DNA of 64,000 nucleotides, from positions 1,216,001-1,280,000 of the forward strand of contig OZ243972.1 of assembly GCA_965214705.1 (NCBI GenBank). Reading direction: 5' to 3'. Positions 51,647-60,058 of the stretch are shown here, piece by piece. The DNA comes from Alphaproteobacteria bacterium. GTDB lineage: Bacteria > Pseudomonadota > Alphaproteobacteria > UBA828. Below the pieces are notes generated by a model. It saw only the letters and a list, made by a program, of their open reading frames with translations. It was not told where the DNA came from and did not search any database. A program made the translations under genes and the position numbers. Each line of letters starts with the position of its first letter. Positions within the stretch are counted from its first letter, which is position 1.

Positions 51647-52060
51647 TCAATCCCGGCGCGGCCGGAAGCGCGGCAGCGTGAGCGTCTCCGTCACGCGGTC
51701 GAACGCCACCTCGACCGGGAGCCCGACCCGCAGCGAATCCGCCGGGCACTCGACGATGTTCGCGGTCAGCCGCACGCCCTCCGCAAGCTCGATTTGCGCC
51801 ACCGCGTAAGGGATATCGGCCTTGAACGCCGGGAACCAGTCCTGATGAACCACGGTCCAGGTGGAGACCGTGCCGTGACCCTGCACCTCCTCCCAGCCGA
51901 TCCGCTCGGAGAAGCAGGCGGGGCAGACCGGGCCGGGCGGCCAGTGCCACACGGCGCAATCGCCGCACCGGGGCAGGCGGAGCGCGCCCTCGTGCGCGCT
52001 CTCCCAGAAGCGCGCGTTGTCCGGGTTGATGCACGGCGTGGGCTTCTCGTAGGCGCTCAT
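51647..52060 (-). CDS. DUF35 Zn-ribbon/OB-fold protein
   Basis: FWE....L.LPRCGDC...WPPGPVCPAC, G.V.TWTVVH, PY.VA.IELAEG.R..ANI. Confidence 0.92.
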   Translation of the reverse strand: MSAYEKPTPCINPDNARFWESAHEGALRLPRCGDCAVWHWPPGPVCPACFSERIGWEEVQGHGTVSTWTVVHQDWFPAFKADIPYAVAQIELAEGVRLTANIVECPADSLRVGLPVEVAFDRVTETLTLPRFRPRRD

Positions 52061-52078
52061 TGTCCGGCCCCGGCCGCG

Positions 52079-53257
52079 TCAGTTCCGCAGGATCACGGAA
52101 TCGCCCCAGGTCGTTGCCCATTGCAGGGCGCGGGCGTCGGCGATCTGGCGCGGCCCGGCCTCGCCCCGCAACTGGCGCACCATCTCGCAGAGCGAGTTCC
52201 AGCCGGCCACATGAGCCTCCGAGAGCAGGCCGCCGGAGGTGTTGACCGGCAGCGCGCCGCCGGGGCCGATGCGGCCCTCCTGCACGAAGGCCGCCGCCTC
52301 CCCCGGCGCGCAGAAGCCGAAGCGCTCCAGCACGAACAGCACCAGCGGCGAGAAGGCGTCGTAGGTGTAGAGGCCCTGGATCGCCTCACGCGGAATGTCG
52401 GCGGAGCGGTAGACCGCGAGATCGCGGGCGGCCGGGCTTGCCGGGCGGGCGCTGCTCTGCTGATTGATGCCGAGACCCGGCGGCGCGAAGATGAACTCGT
52501 TGCGGCCCGCCGCCATGCCTTGCATCCCGGTGATGAAGACCGGGCGTTGCCTAAGGTCGCGGGCATGCTCGGCCGCCGTTACCAGAACCACGGCCGCGCC
52601 GTCGCTCACGATGCAGCAATCGAAGAGCCGTAGCGGGTCCACCACCATGCGCGAGGCCTGGTGGTCGGCGACGCTCATGGGCTTTCGCATCACCGCCAGC
52701 GGGTTGAGTCGCGCGTGAGCGCGGAGCGCCACCGGCACCGCGGCAAGCTTGCCGCCGGTCGTGCCGTAGAGCGCCATGTAGCGCTGCATGGCGAGCGCGG
52801 CGCCGCCCGCCGGTGCGGTGAGGCCGTAGTGCGGCGTCTCCGCGTGGGTGCCGCCGGTCTCGCGGTAGCCCTCGAAGTCGTGCGGCCCGCCGAGGATATC
52901 GCGCTCGCGGGTGAAGCTCAGCACGTTCACGCAGGCGACGACGTTCGCCATGCCGGTTGCGACCGCCATCGCCGCGGTCTGAAGGCTGCCGGTGACGAAG
53001 CGGCCGTGGGTCCAGGCCTGGTTGACGAAGTCGATCTCGAGGCCGAAGGCCTGGGCGACCTGGTCGTAATCGACGCCGAGCGGCCAGCCGATGTGGATGG
53101 AGAGTCCGTCGATGTCGCCCCGCTCGAGCCCCGCGTCCGTGAGTGCCGCCTTGAAGGCCTGAGCGGCGAGCGCGAGCTGGCTCTCGGGCAGGTGGCGGCC
53201 GAACCTGCTGGTGCCGATGCCGACGATCGCCGCCCTGTCGCGCAGCGCTTCCGACAC
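52079..53257 (-). CDS. SCP-x-type thiolase-fold protein (Ltp2-like aldolase candidate)
   Basis: AAIVGIG, PLRLFDCC..SDGA, YDAFS, VNTSGGLLSEAH. No Cys in the usual N-terminal catalytic position. Confidence 0.85.
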   Translation of the reverse strand: MSEALRDRAAIVGIGTSRFGRHLPESQLALAAQAFKAALTDAGLERGDIDGLSIHIGWPLGVDYDQVAQAFGLEIDFVNQAWTHGRFVTGSLQTAAMAVATGMANVVACVNVLSFTRERDILGGPHDFEGYRETGGTHAETPHYGLTAPAGGAALAMQRYMALYGTTGGKLAAVPVALRAHARLNPLAVMRKPMSVADHQASRMVVDPLRLFDCCIVSDGAAVVLVTAAEHARDLRQRPVFITGMQGMAAGRNEFIFAPPGLGINQQSSARPASPAARDLAVYRSADIPREAIQGLYTYDAFSPLVLFVLERFGFCAPGEAAAFVQEGRIGPGGALPVNTSGGLLSEAHVAGWNSLCEMVRQLRGEAGPRQIADARALQWATTWGDSVILRN

Positions 53258-54843
53258 TACGCCGAGTCCGTGTCGAAGAACTCGACGAGGCGGGCCTTTT
53301 GGAGCTTGCCGGTGGTGGTGAGGGGCAGCGCTCTGGCGGTGACGAAGCGAAATTCCCGCGGCACCTTGTAGGCGGCGAGGTGGGCGGAACAATGAGCGGT
53401 GAGCGCATCGGCCGTCGGCTGGGCGCCGTCGCGCGGCACGATGACGGCGGCGACCCGCTGGTCGCGCTCCGGGTCCGGCAGGCCGATCACGTAGGCGAGC
53501 TCGACCGCTGGCACTTCGGTCAGCACCGCCTCGACCTCCGCCGGGGAGACGTTGATGCCGCCGGTCTTGATCATCTCCTTGAGCCGCCCGCGGAAGTGCA
53601 GGAAGCCCTCCTCATCGAGCAGCCCGAGATCGCCGGTGCGGAAGTAGCCGTCGTGAAAGCTCCGCTCGTCCAGCGCCGGGTCCTTGTAGTAGCCGCAGGT
53701 GACGTAACCCTTGACCAGGATCTCGCCGACGGAGCCGGCCGTCAGCGGCGCGAGGCTTTCGGGGTCGGCGATGACGATGTCGACGCCCGGCAGCGCCCGG
53801 CCGACTGTGTTGAGTCGCTTCTCCAGCGGGTCGTCCACGTCGGTGACGTTGGAATTGCCGTAGGTCTCGGTCAGCCCGTAGATGTTGCAGGTCTCGGTGA
53901 CGCCGAGGTCGATCAGGCGCTCGATCTGCTCCGGCGAGCCCAGAGTCGCGCCCGCGCGCAGCGAGGAGATGTCGCGCGCCCGCCGCTCCGGGTGCTGCTC
54001 CAGCGCGTGCACCATGTTGGGCGTGCCGTAGAAGACGGTGCAGCGCTCGGCCTCGATCAGCCTGAGCGCCTCGCCGGCGTCGAAGTGCTCCTGCAGCACG
54101 ATGCAGCCCGCGTGGGTCATAACGGCGAAGAGCGCGTTCTCGCAGCCGAGGCCCCAGAAGAGAGAGACGGCCAGCCAGAGCCGGTCGCCAGGGCGCAGAT
54201 GCAGGCGCTCGCCGATGTTCCACATGTTCTGGATCAGGGCGTAGTGCTGCAGCTGCACGCCCTTGGGCAGCGCCGTGGTGCCCGAGGTGTAGAGCAGGTA
54301 GGCGACGTCCTCGCCGCGCACGGCGGCCTGGGCGCTATCGATCACCGCATCGTCGACGGTCTCCGCCAGGTCCCACAGCGTCTCGAAGCGCCGCGCCGGG
54401 TGATCGGGCGGGCCGCCGACACGCACGATCCCCTGCACGCCCGCGAGCGCATCGCCTTCGCGGGCGAGCGCGTCGAGGGTCTCCAGGTAGTCGTACTTGA
54501 GGAAGCGGTCGACCGTGATAAGGAACTTGGTGTCGGAGTGCTTGAGCACGTGGGCGAGCTCGCGCGCCGTCGCCCAGGTGTTGATGGCGACCATGGCGCC
54601 GCCGAGGAGGGTAATCGCGAAATCCGCGAGGAGCCACTCGGGCCGGTTGCCCATGAGGAGGCCGACCTTGTCGCCGCGTCGGACGCCCAGCGCGTGGAGG
54701 CCCTTCGCCAGCCGGCGCACTTCGTCCCGCAGCCCGCGATAGCTGAGCCGGGTCTCACCGTCGACCAGCGCCTCGTGGTCTGGGTAGCTTGCCGCCAGCT
54801 CGTCGAGCAGGGCCGGAATGGTCTTCGCGTTGGGCGCTTGCAT
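53257..54843 (-). CDS. Acyl-CoA synthetase (AMP-forming)
   Basis: YTSGTTALPKG, YGLTET, FRTGDLG, GRLKEMIKTGG, TGKLQK. Confidence 0.93.
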   Translation of the reverse strand: MQAPNAKTIPALLDELAASYPDHEALVDGETRLSYRGLRDEVRRLAKGLHALGVRRGDKVGLLMGNRPEWLLADFAITLLGGAMVAINTWATARELAHVLKHSDTKFLITVDRFLKYDYLETLDALAREGDALAGVQGIVRVGGPPDHPARRFETLWDLAETVDDAVIDSAQAAVRGEDVAYLLYTSGTTALPKGVQLQHYALIQNMWNIGERLHLRPGDRLWLAVSLFWGLGCENALFAVMTHAGCIVLQEHFDAGEALRLIEAERCTVFYGTPNMVHALEQHPERRARDISSLRAGATLGSPEQIERLIDLGVTETCNIYGLTETYGNSNVTDVDDPLEKRLNTVGRALPGVDIVIADPESLAPLTAGSVGEILVKGYVTCGYYKDPALDERSFHDGYFRTGDLGLLDEEGFLHFRGRLKEMIKTGGINVSPAEVEAVLTEVPAVELAYVIGLPDPERDQRVAAVIVPRDGAQPTADALTAHCSAHLAAYKVPREFRFVTARALPLTTTGKLQKARLVEFFDTDSA

Positions 54844-55044
54844 GTCGCTGCTGTCGCCAGGGATCGGTCGCCGGAGAATAGTCCGCGCGCGGGGGCGGGT
54901 GAACCGTCGCGCTCGGCGGTGTAGGTTAGCGATGGCGCGCGTCTTCCGGCCCTTCCAGCCTGAGCGACGCTCGCAGCCCGCCCGAACGTATTCCCTTTGC
55001 GCCCCGACGAGATCTCCATTCCGCAAGGTAGGACGCACGAAACA

Positions 55045-56190
55045 ATGGCCAGCGACGTATCGACGATGCACCCCGACGACGCAGCCGAATGGCGCGCACG
55101 CAACGTGCCGGTCTTCAACGAGAACCGCTTCAAGCTCGGCGTCTTCGGGCAGAACTGCTCCAACGGCTGCACCATCACGCACGCTGAGACGACCTTCGAG
55201 CCGACCTACGAGCACAGCGTGAAGATCAGCCAGCTTGCGGACCGGCTCGGCTTCGAGTTGCTGGTGCCGGTGGGGCGCTGGCGGCACTTCGGCGGAACCA
55301 TGCAGTTCAACGGCAACAATCTGGAGGTCTACACCTGGGCCGCCGCGATGGCCTGCCACACGACGGACATCATGGTCTTCGCCACCTCGCACGTGCCGAC
55401 GGTGCATCCCATCTTCGCCGCCAAACAGGCCGCCACCATCGACAACATTTCCAGCGGGCGCTTCGGCCTGAACGTCGTCTGCGGCTGGTTCAAGCCGGAG
55501 ATCGAGATGTTCGGCATGGACCAGCTCGACCACGACGAGCGCTACGTCATGGCGGACGAATGGCTCTCCATCGTGAAGCAGCTCTGGGCCGAGGACGACT
55601 TCGACCACGAGGGCACGTACTACAGGGTCAACCAGGGATTCCTGGCGCCGAAGCCGATCCAGCGGCCCCACCCGGTGGTGATCAACGCGGGCTCCTCGCC
55701 GGCGGGCCGCGAGTTCTCCGCCAAGCTCGCCGATTTCAACTTCCTCTCGATCACGACGATGGAGAAGGCCGCGGAGATCGTGAAGGACATCCACGCCCGC
55801 GCCGCGAAGCACGGGCGCCGCTGCGGCGTGATGAGCTACGGCCTGGTGTGCTGCCGCGATACCGAAGCCGAGGCCCAGGCGCTCTACCGGCGCATCGTCG
55901 ACGAGGGCGACTGGGGCGCGACCAACACGATCATCGAGCTGATGCTCGGCGAGAACTACTCCTACGGTTCGAACAAGGAGCAGCTTCGCGCCATGGGCGA
56001 GCGCTTCATCGCCGGCTGGGGCGGCTACCCGCTGGTCGGCACGCCGGAGCAGGTGGTCGAAAAGATGCTCGCCATCGCCGACATCGGCGTCGAAGGATTC
56101 ATCCTCTCGTGGCTCGACTACCACGAGGAGCTGAAGTATTTCGGCGAGAAGGTGATGCCGCTGATGCGACAGGCGGGGCTGCGCGTGTAG
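55045..56190 (+). CDS. LLM-class flavin-dependent monooxygenase
   Basis: FKLGVF..NC, PVGRWRHFGG, HPIFAAKQAATID.IS.GRFGLN.V.GW, NAGSS.AG, LVGTPEQV. Confidence 0.9.
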   Translation: MASDVSTMHPDDAAEWRARNVPVFNENRFKLGVFGQNCSNGCTITHAETTFEPTYEHSVKISQLADRLGFELLVPVGRWRHFGGTMQFNGNNLEVYTWAAAMACHTTDIMVFATSHVPTVHPIFAAKQAATIDNISSGRFGLNVVCGWFKPEIEMFGMDQLDHDERYVMADEWLSIVKQLWAEDDFDHEGTYYRVNQGFLAPKPIQRPHPVVINAGSSPAGREFSAKLADFNFLSITTMEKAAEIVKDIHARAAKHGRRCGVMSYGLVCCRDTEAEAQALYRRIVDEGDWGATNTIIELMLGENYSYGSNKEQLRAMGERFIAGWGGYPLVGTPEQVVEKMLAIADIGVEGFILSWLDYHEELKYFGEKVMPLMRQAGLRV

Positions 56191-56319
56191 TCGCATAACT
56201 CTTGCCGCGCCTGGACCCCGCGGTACGGGTGACACCGGAACTTGTTCAGGTTCCGCAGTCGCGGCGGTATGGGATAGAGTAGCCGCCGCAAGCTGAACGG
56301 AGGGCAGAGGACGGGGCCC

Positions 56320-56817
56320 ATGTCCGACTACACGACCGAGCTCGGATCGCTCGACGACTACCGCAAGGGCGGGGTCCACATCATCAACGACGATCCGCGC
56401 AACTACGTCTTCTCCAACGTGTTCGAGGTGGCCGGCAAGTCGGCGCCGTTCGAGCGCGTGTGCGTCGCCAAGAACCTGGAGTACGCGATCGAGATCATGC
56501 GCGTCGAAGGCGCCTCGCCCTGGTTCACGGCGGGCCACGACGAGTTCGCGCTCTGCCTCGACGGCCGGATCGAGGTCGAGCTGATGAAGCATGGCGGCGA
56601 CGCGCCGGAGGGCGACGGCGCACACGCGCTCGATGGCGAGCCCGACGGCCCCCGCATGGGGCGCATCCGCGCCGGACGCGGCCACCTGACCCTGCTGCCG
56701 GCACAAGCCGCCTACCGCTTCTCGGCCGAGGCGCCGAGCGTGGTCCTGTTCCAGACGATCGACGGCCCGCTTACCATCGAGCGCTGGGCCGAGATCTGCC
56801 AGACCGGCGAGGAGTGA
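56320..56817 (+). CDS. Hydroquinone 1,2-dioxygenase small subunit (HqdA/HapC/PnpC1-type)
   Basis: GSLDDYRKGG..IINDDPRNYVFSNVFEVA, VAKNLEY, HDEF, WAEICQ. Confidence 0.88.
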   Translation: MSDYTTELGSLDDYRKGGVHIINDDPRNYVFSNVFEVAGKSAPFERVCVAKNLEYAIEIMRVEGASPWFTAGHDEFALCLDGRIEVELMKHGGDAPEGDGAHALDGEPDGPRMGRIRAGRGHLTLLPAQAAYRFSAEAPSVVLFQTIDGPLTIERWAEICQTGEE

Positions 56818-56822
56818 GAGCG

Positions 56823-57815
56823 ATGTCCGCACAGACCGCACAGGCCGCCTACTCGGCCTCCGATCCCGACAACTACACCGGCTATCGCACCTTCCAGATC
56901 GGCGGCTTCGGCTTCCGCCGCGACGAGTATTTCGCCTACGTCTCCTGGCCGGACGGCTCGCATCTCATGCCGGTGGACGCCTTCCTGCGCGCGCTGGTGC
57001 GCGAGGTGGCGTGGAACTTCTTCTACGGCACCCTCAACTTCGACGACGTGTTCGGCACCACCAACCTCTACGGCCAGGTCGAGCTCTACATCGGGCGCTT
57101 CAACGACGCCTACCGTGACAACGGCCGCGACTATTCGGAGACCATCGATTCCGACGACCTGAGGGCGACCTTCCAGGCCATGCTCGACGACTGGACCAAC
57201 GCCGGTTACGACCCCTTCACGGCCCCGCAGGAGACGGCGCAGCCCTTCGGCCGCAAGAGTGGGCGCAACCCCGAGGCCCTCGGCCGCGTGCGGGTGACGG
57301 CGAAGCGCATGGTCGGCCTGCCCGACGATGCGCCGCTGCGGACCGACGAGAGCGGCTACCCGGTCAACCGCATGTTCGCCGACGTGGCGCAGGACGAGCC
57401 GGAGGTCGAGATCGAGCCCGGCTTCGAGAACGAGGTGCAGTCCTTCAACCTCTTCGCCTACCTCTCGCGCTCGGACGTGACCTGGAACCCGTCCGTCTGC
57501 TCCGTGGTGAAGGACAGCCTGTTCTGCCCCACGTCCGAGGAGTTCATCCTGCCGGTGGAGCACGGCAACGACCGGGTGGAGTGGTTCATCCAGCTCTCGG
57601 ACGAGATCGTCTGGGAGGTGAAGGACAAGCATTCGGGCGACCCCCGCGCGGTGGTGACCATGCGGGCGGGAGACGTCGCCTGCATGCCGGCGGATATTCG
57701 CCACCAGGGCTTCTCGCCCAAGCGCTCGATGCTGCTGGTGTGGGAGAACGCCTCGCCGGCGATCCCCGAGATGATCGCCAAGGGCGAGGCGCCGATCGTG
57801 CCCGTGCGCTTCTAG
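56823..57815 (+). CDS. Hydroquinone 1,2-dioxygenase large subunit (HqdB/HapD/PnpC2-type)
   Basis: F.RDEYF, FLRAL.R.VAW.FFYG, YLSRSDVTWNPSVCSV, EEFILPVEHGNDRVEWF, MPADIRHQG. Confidence 0.9.
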   Translation: MSAQTAQAAYSASDPDNYTGYRTFQIGGFGFRRDEYFAYVSWPDGSHLMPVDAFLRALVREVAWNFFYGTLNFDDVFGTTNLYGQVELYIGRFNDAYRDNGRDYSETIDSDDLRATFQAMLDDWTNAGYDPFTAPQETAQPFGRKSGRNPEALGRVRVTAKRMVGLPDDAPLRTDESGYPVNRMFADVAQDEPEVEIEPGFENEVQSFNLFAYLSRSDVTWNPSVCSVVKDSLFCPTSEEFILPVEHGNDRVEWFIQLSDEIVWEVKDKHSGDPRAVVTMRAGDVACMPADIRHQGFSPKRSMLLVWENASPAIPEMIAKGEAPIVPVRF

Positions 57816-57874
57816 CCGCCCGGCGCCCGCTCCCCACCCGTACCACCGCGTTCGCGTCCCGGCACGTCCGGCGC

Positions 57875-58747
57875 ATGACCGAGATCGTCCCGCTCGCCGA
57901 CGCGGTGTCGTCGCTCATCCATGACGGCGATACCGTCGCTATGGAGGGCTTCACCCACTTGATTCCCCATGCCGCCGGCCACGCGGTGGTCCGCGCAGGG
58001 CTGAAGGACCTCACGGCGGTGCGGATGACGCCGGACCTGATCTACGACCAGCTCATCGGCATGGGCTGCGTCAAGAAGCTGGTGTTCTCCTGGGGCGGCA
58101 ATCCGGGGGTGGGCTCGCTGCACCGCTTCCGCGACGCGGTGGAGAAGGGCTGGCCCCGGCCGCTCGAGATCGAGGAGCGGAGCCACGCCGACCTCGCCAA
58201 CGCCTACGTCGCGGGTGCGAGCGGGCTGCCCTTCTCGGTGATCCGGGGCTACGTCGGCTCGGACCTGCCGGCGCACAACCCGATCATCAAGTTCATCACC
58301 TGTCCCTTCACCGGGGAGAAGCTCGCGGCGAGCCCTGCCATCTGCCCCGACATCGCGGTGATCCACGCCCAGCAGGCCGACCGCAAGGGCAACGTCATGC
58401 TCTGGGGCATCTCCGGCGTGCAGAAGGAGGTGGCGCTTGCGAGCAAGACGGTGCTCGTCACGGTGGAGGAGGTCGTGGACGAGCTGGAGCCCCGGCCGTG
58501 CTCGGTGCACCTGCCGCACTGGGTGGTGACCGCCGTCTCGCCCGCGCCCGGCGGCGCCAGGCCCTCCTACGCGCTCGGCTACTACAAGCGGGACAATACG
58601 TTCTACGAGGCCTGGGACGGGATCGCGCGGTCGCGCGAAGCGTTCACCGCCTGGATGGAGCGCCACGTGCTCGGCACCGAGGATTTCGCGGGCTTCGAGC
58701 GGAGCGTCGCTGCCGCGGCGGTTGCCGAGGGCGCCCGGCAGGCGTAG
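57875..58747 (+). CDS. CoA-transferase subunit A (CatI/GctA type)
   Basis: VAMEGFTHLIPHAAGH, RMTPDLIYDQLIG, SWGGNPGVGSLHR, HAQQADRKGN. Confidence 0.92.
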   Translation: MTEIVPLADAVSSLIHDGDTVAMEGFTHLIPHAAGHAVVRAGLKDLTAVRMTPDLIYDQLIGMGCVKKLVFSWGGNPGVGSLHRFRDAVEKGWPRPLEIEERSHADLANAYVAGASGLPFSVIRGYVGSDLPAHNPIIKFITCPFTGEKLAASPAICPDIAVIHAQQADRKGNVMLWGISGVQKEVALASKTVLVTVEEVVDELEPRPCSVHLPHWVVTAVSPAPGGARPSYALGYYKRDNTFYEAWDGIARSREAFTAWMERHVLGTEDFAGFERSVAAAAVAEGARQA

Positions 58748-58782
58748 ATAAGGCCCGCGCTGCCCATCGGGCGGCGGACCGC

Positions 58783-58872
58783 GGAGGGGTGCCGGAGTGG
58801 TCGAACGGGGCGGTCTCGAAAACCGTTGTACGCGCGAGCGTACCGTGGGTTCGAATCCCACCCCCTCCGCCA
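58783..58872 (+). tRNA. tRNA-Ser(CGA)
   Basis: Acceptor GGAGGGG/CCCCTCC-GCCA, anticodon loop CTCGAAA, long variable arm, GGTTCGAATCC; 90 nt. Confidence 0.97.
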
Positions 58873-59170
58873 CTTATTCTAACTAACATATTGATATATA
58901 ACTATTTTCTGAAACAATGAAATGATGAGTCCCTCACTCATACCCTCACTGCGCTCGACATAGCGCCAGCCCGCCGTCCCGCTCGCCGTTCTCCTCCCAC
59001 CGCAACCGCGCCGCCCGATCGACGGTCCGCCGACCTCCGGCAACCCCTTGCCGGGCGAGCCGCAATGCCGGTTCGACCCTCATGGCGCGACCCGACGTTA
59101 CCGGCCCCTCCATGTCCGATCGCGCGGTCGCAATACGTCCGGGCGGAATCCGTCCCGGTGCCGCCAGGCC

Positions 59171-59404
59171 TCATGGACTATTCCGATCCGCCTGTCCGGC
59201 ATCGTTGGGCGCCCCACCGGCACGCGGCAGCGACTCGAGCCAATCATCGATATCCTTGCGCCGCCAACCGATCGATTGCACGCCCAGCTTGAGCGGCCGC
59301 GGGAACGTGCCCTCGCGATACCGGCGATGGATCGTGCCCTTGCTCATTCCCGTCAGCCGCGCGACCTCCGGCAGTCGCAGGATCTTCGGCTCCGATTTGG
59401 CCAT
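59171..59404 (-). CDS. AlpA family regulator/excisionase
   Basis: ILRLPEV...TG.S..TI.R....G.FP.P.KLG..SIGW...DIDDW. Confidence 0.92.
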   Translation of the reverse strand: MAKSEPKILRLPEVARLTGMSKGTIHRRYREGTFPRPLKLGVQSIGWRRKDIDDWLESLPRAGGAPNDAGQADRNSP

Positions 59405-59455
59405 TCCAATTCCTTCCGTTTCGTTGATTCTCCGCGTTCTTGCATCCCGTCAGCG

Positions 59456-60058
59456 CTACGGCCTGCGCACGACCAGCGCGCAATCCACCTCGGCCTCCAT
59501 CCGCCTCGCCTCGACCGCGCAGTCGACGATGGTCCGGCCGTGGGTCTCCCATATCCATCCGCTCCAGCCACCGCTCGGATCGTGCAAGGGGATCGGCTGG
59601 AACTCCTTCTGCACGAGCACGCCGAGCAGCAGGGCGGCCGGGACGGCGGCGGCCATCGCCGCCGTCTTCCAGCGTCGTTGCCAGCGCCGGTCCTCCTCCA
59701 CCCACCGCCCCAGGTCGGCCCTGCAGCTTCCCAATTCGCCGGAGAGCCCCACCGCCGCGTCCACCGCCGCCTTGTAGTCCGGGTCCGTTTCGAGCAGCCG
59801 GCCCACCAGCTTCTTCGTGTCGCCCACGGTCTCGCCGATGGCGCCTGTTGCCTTGGCGAGCTTGTCGAACGCCCCTTTCGTCGGTCCCGGCGCCGGACAC
59901 TTCTTCTCTTCCAGCCGCCTGTCGATGACTTCCAGCCGGGCCAGGATCTCGCCCATCACCGATGGACGGGCCTGCTCCGCCCCATCTTCCGGTCCGCCGT
60001 TCCCGGCGTCCCCGCCAGGCCCGCTTCGCTTGTTCATGCCCGGGTTGTCCGCACTCAT
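59456..60058 (-). CDS. Hypothetical membrane-anchored protein
   Basis: ATGA overlap with the virD4 stop; SD GGAGGAGA; coiled N-part and a hydrophobic segment (AAMAAAVPAALLLGVLV). Confidence 0.65.
   Translation of the reverse strand: MSADNPGMNKRSGPGGDAGNGGPEDGAEQARPSVMGEILARLEVIDRRLEEKKCPAPGPTKGAFDKLAKATGAIGETVGDTKKLVGRLLETDPDYKAAVDAAVGLSGELGSCRADLGRWVEEDRRWQRRWKTAAMAAAVPAALLLGVLVQKEFQPIPLHDPSGGWSGWIWETHGRTIVDCAVEARRMEAEVDCALVVRRP

Noticed and set aside
53257-56841. 1194-aa minus-strand ORF
   Set aside because: Only the last approximately 528 aa are the acyl-CoA ligase; the upstream part is the antisense shadow of the LLM monooxygenase and HqdA genes.
57812-58873. ORF beginning MAEGVGFEPT
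   Set aside because: Classic translation of the antisense strand of a tRNA, continuing antisense to the CoA transferase.
59066-59085. GGTTCGACCC resembling a tRNA T-loop in the island end
   Set aside because: No acceptor, D or anticodon stems, and no match to the tRNA-Ser 3' end.
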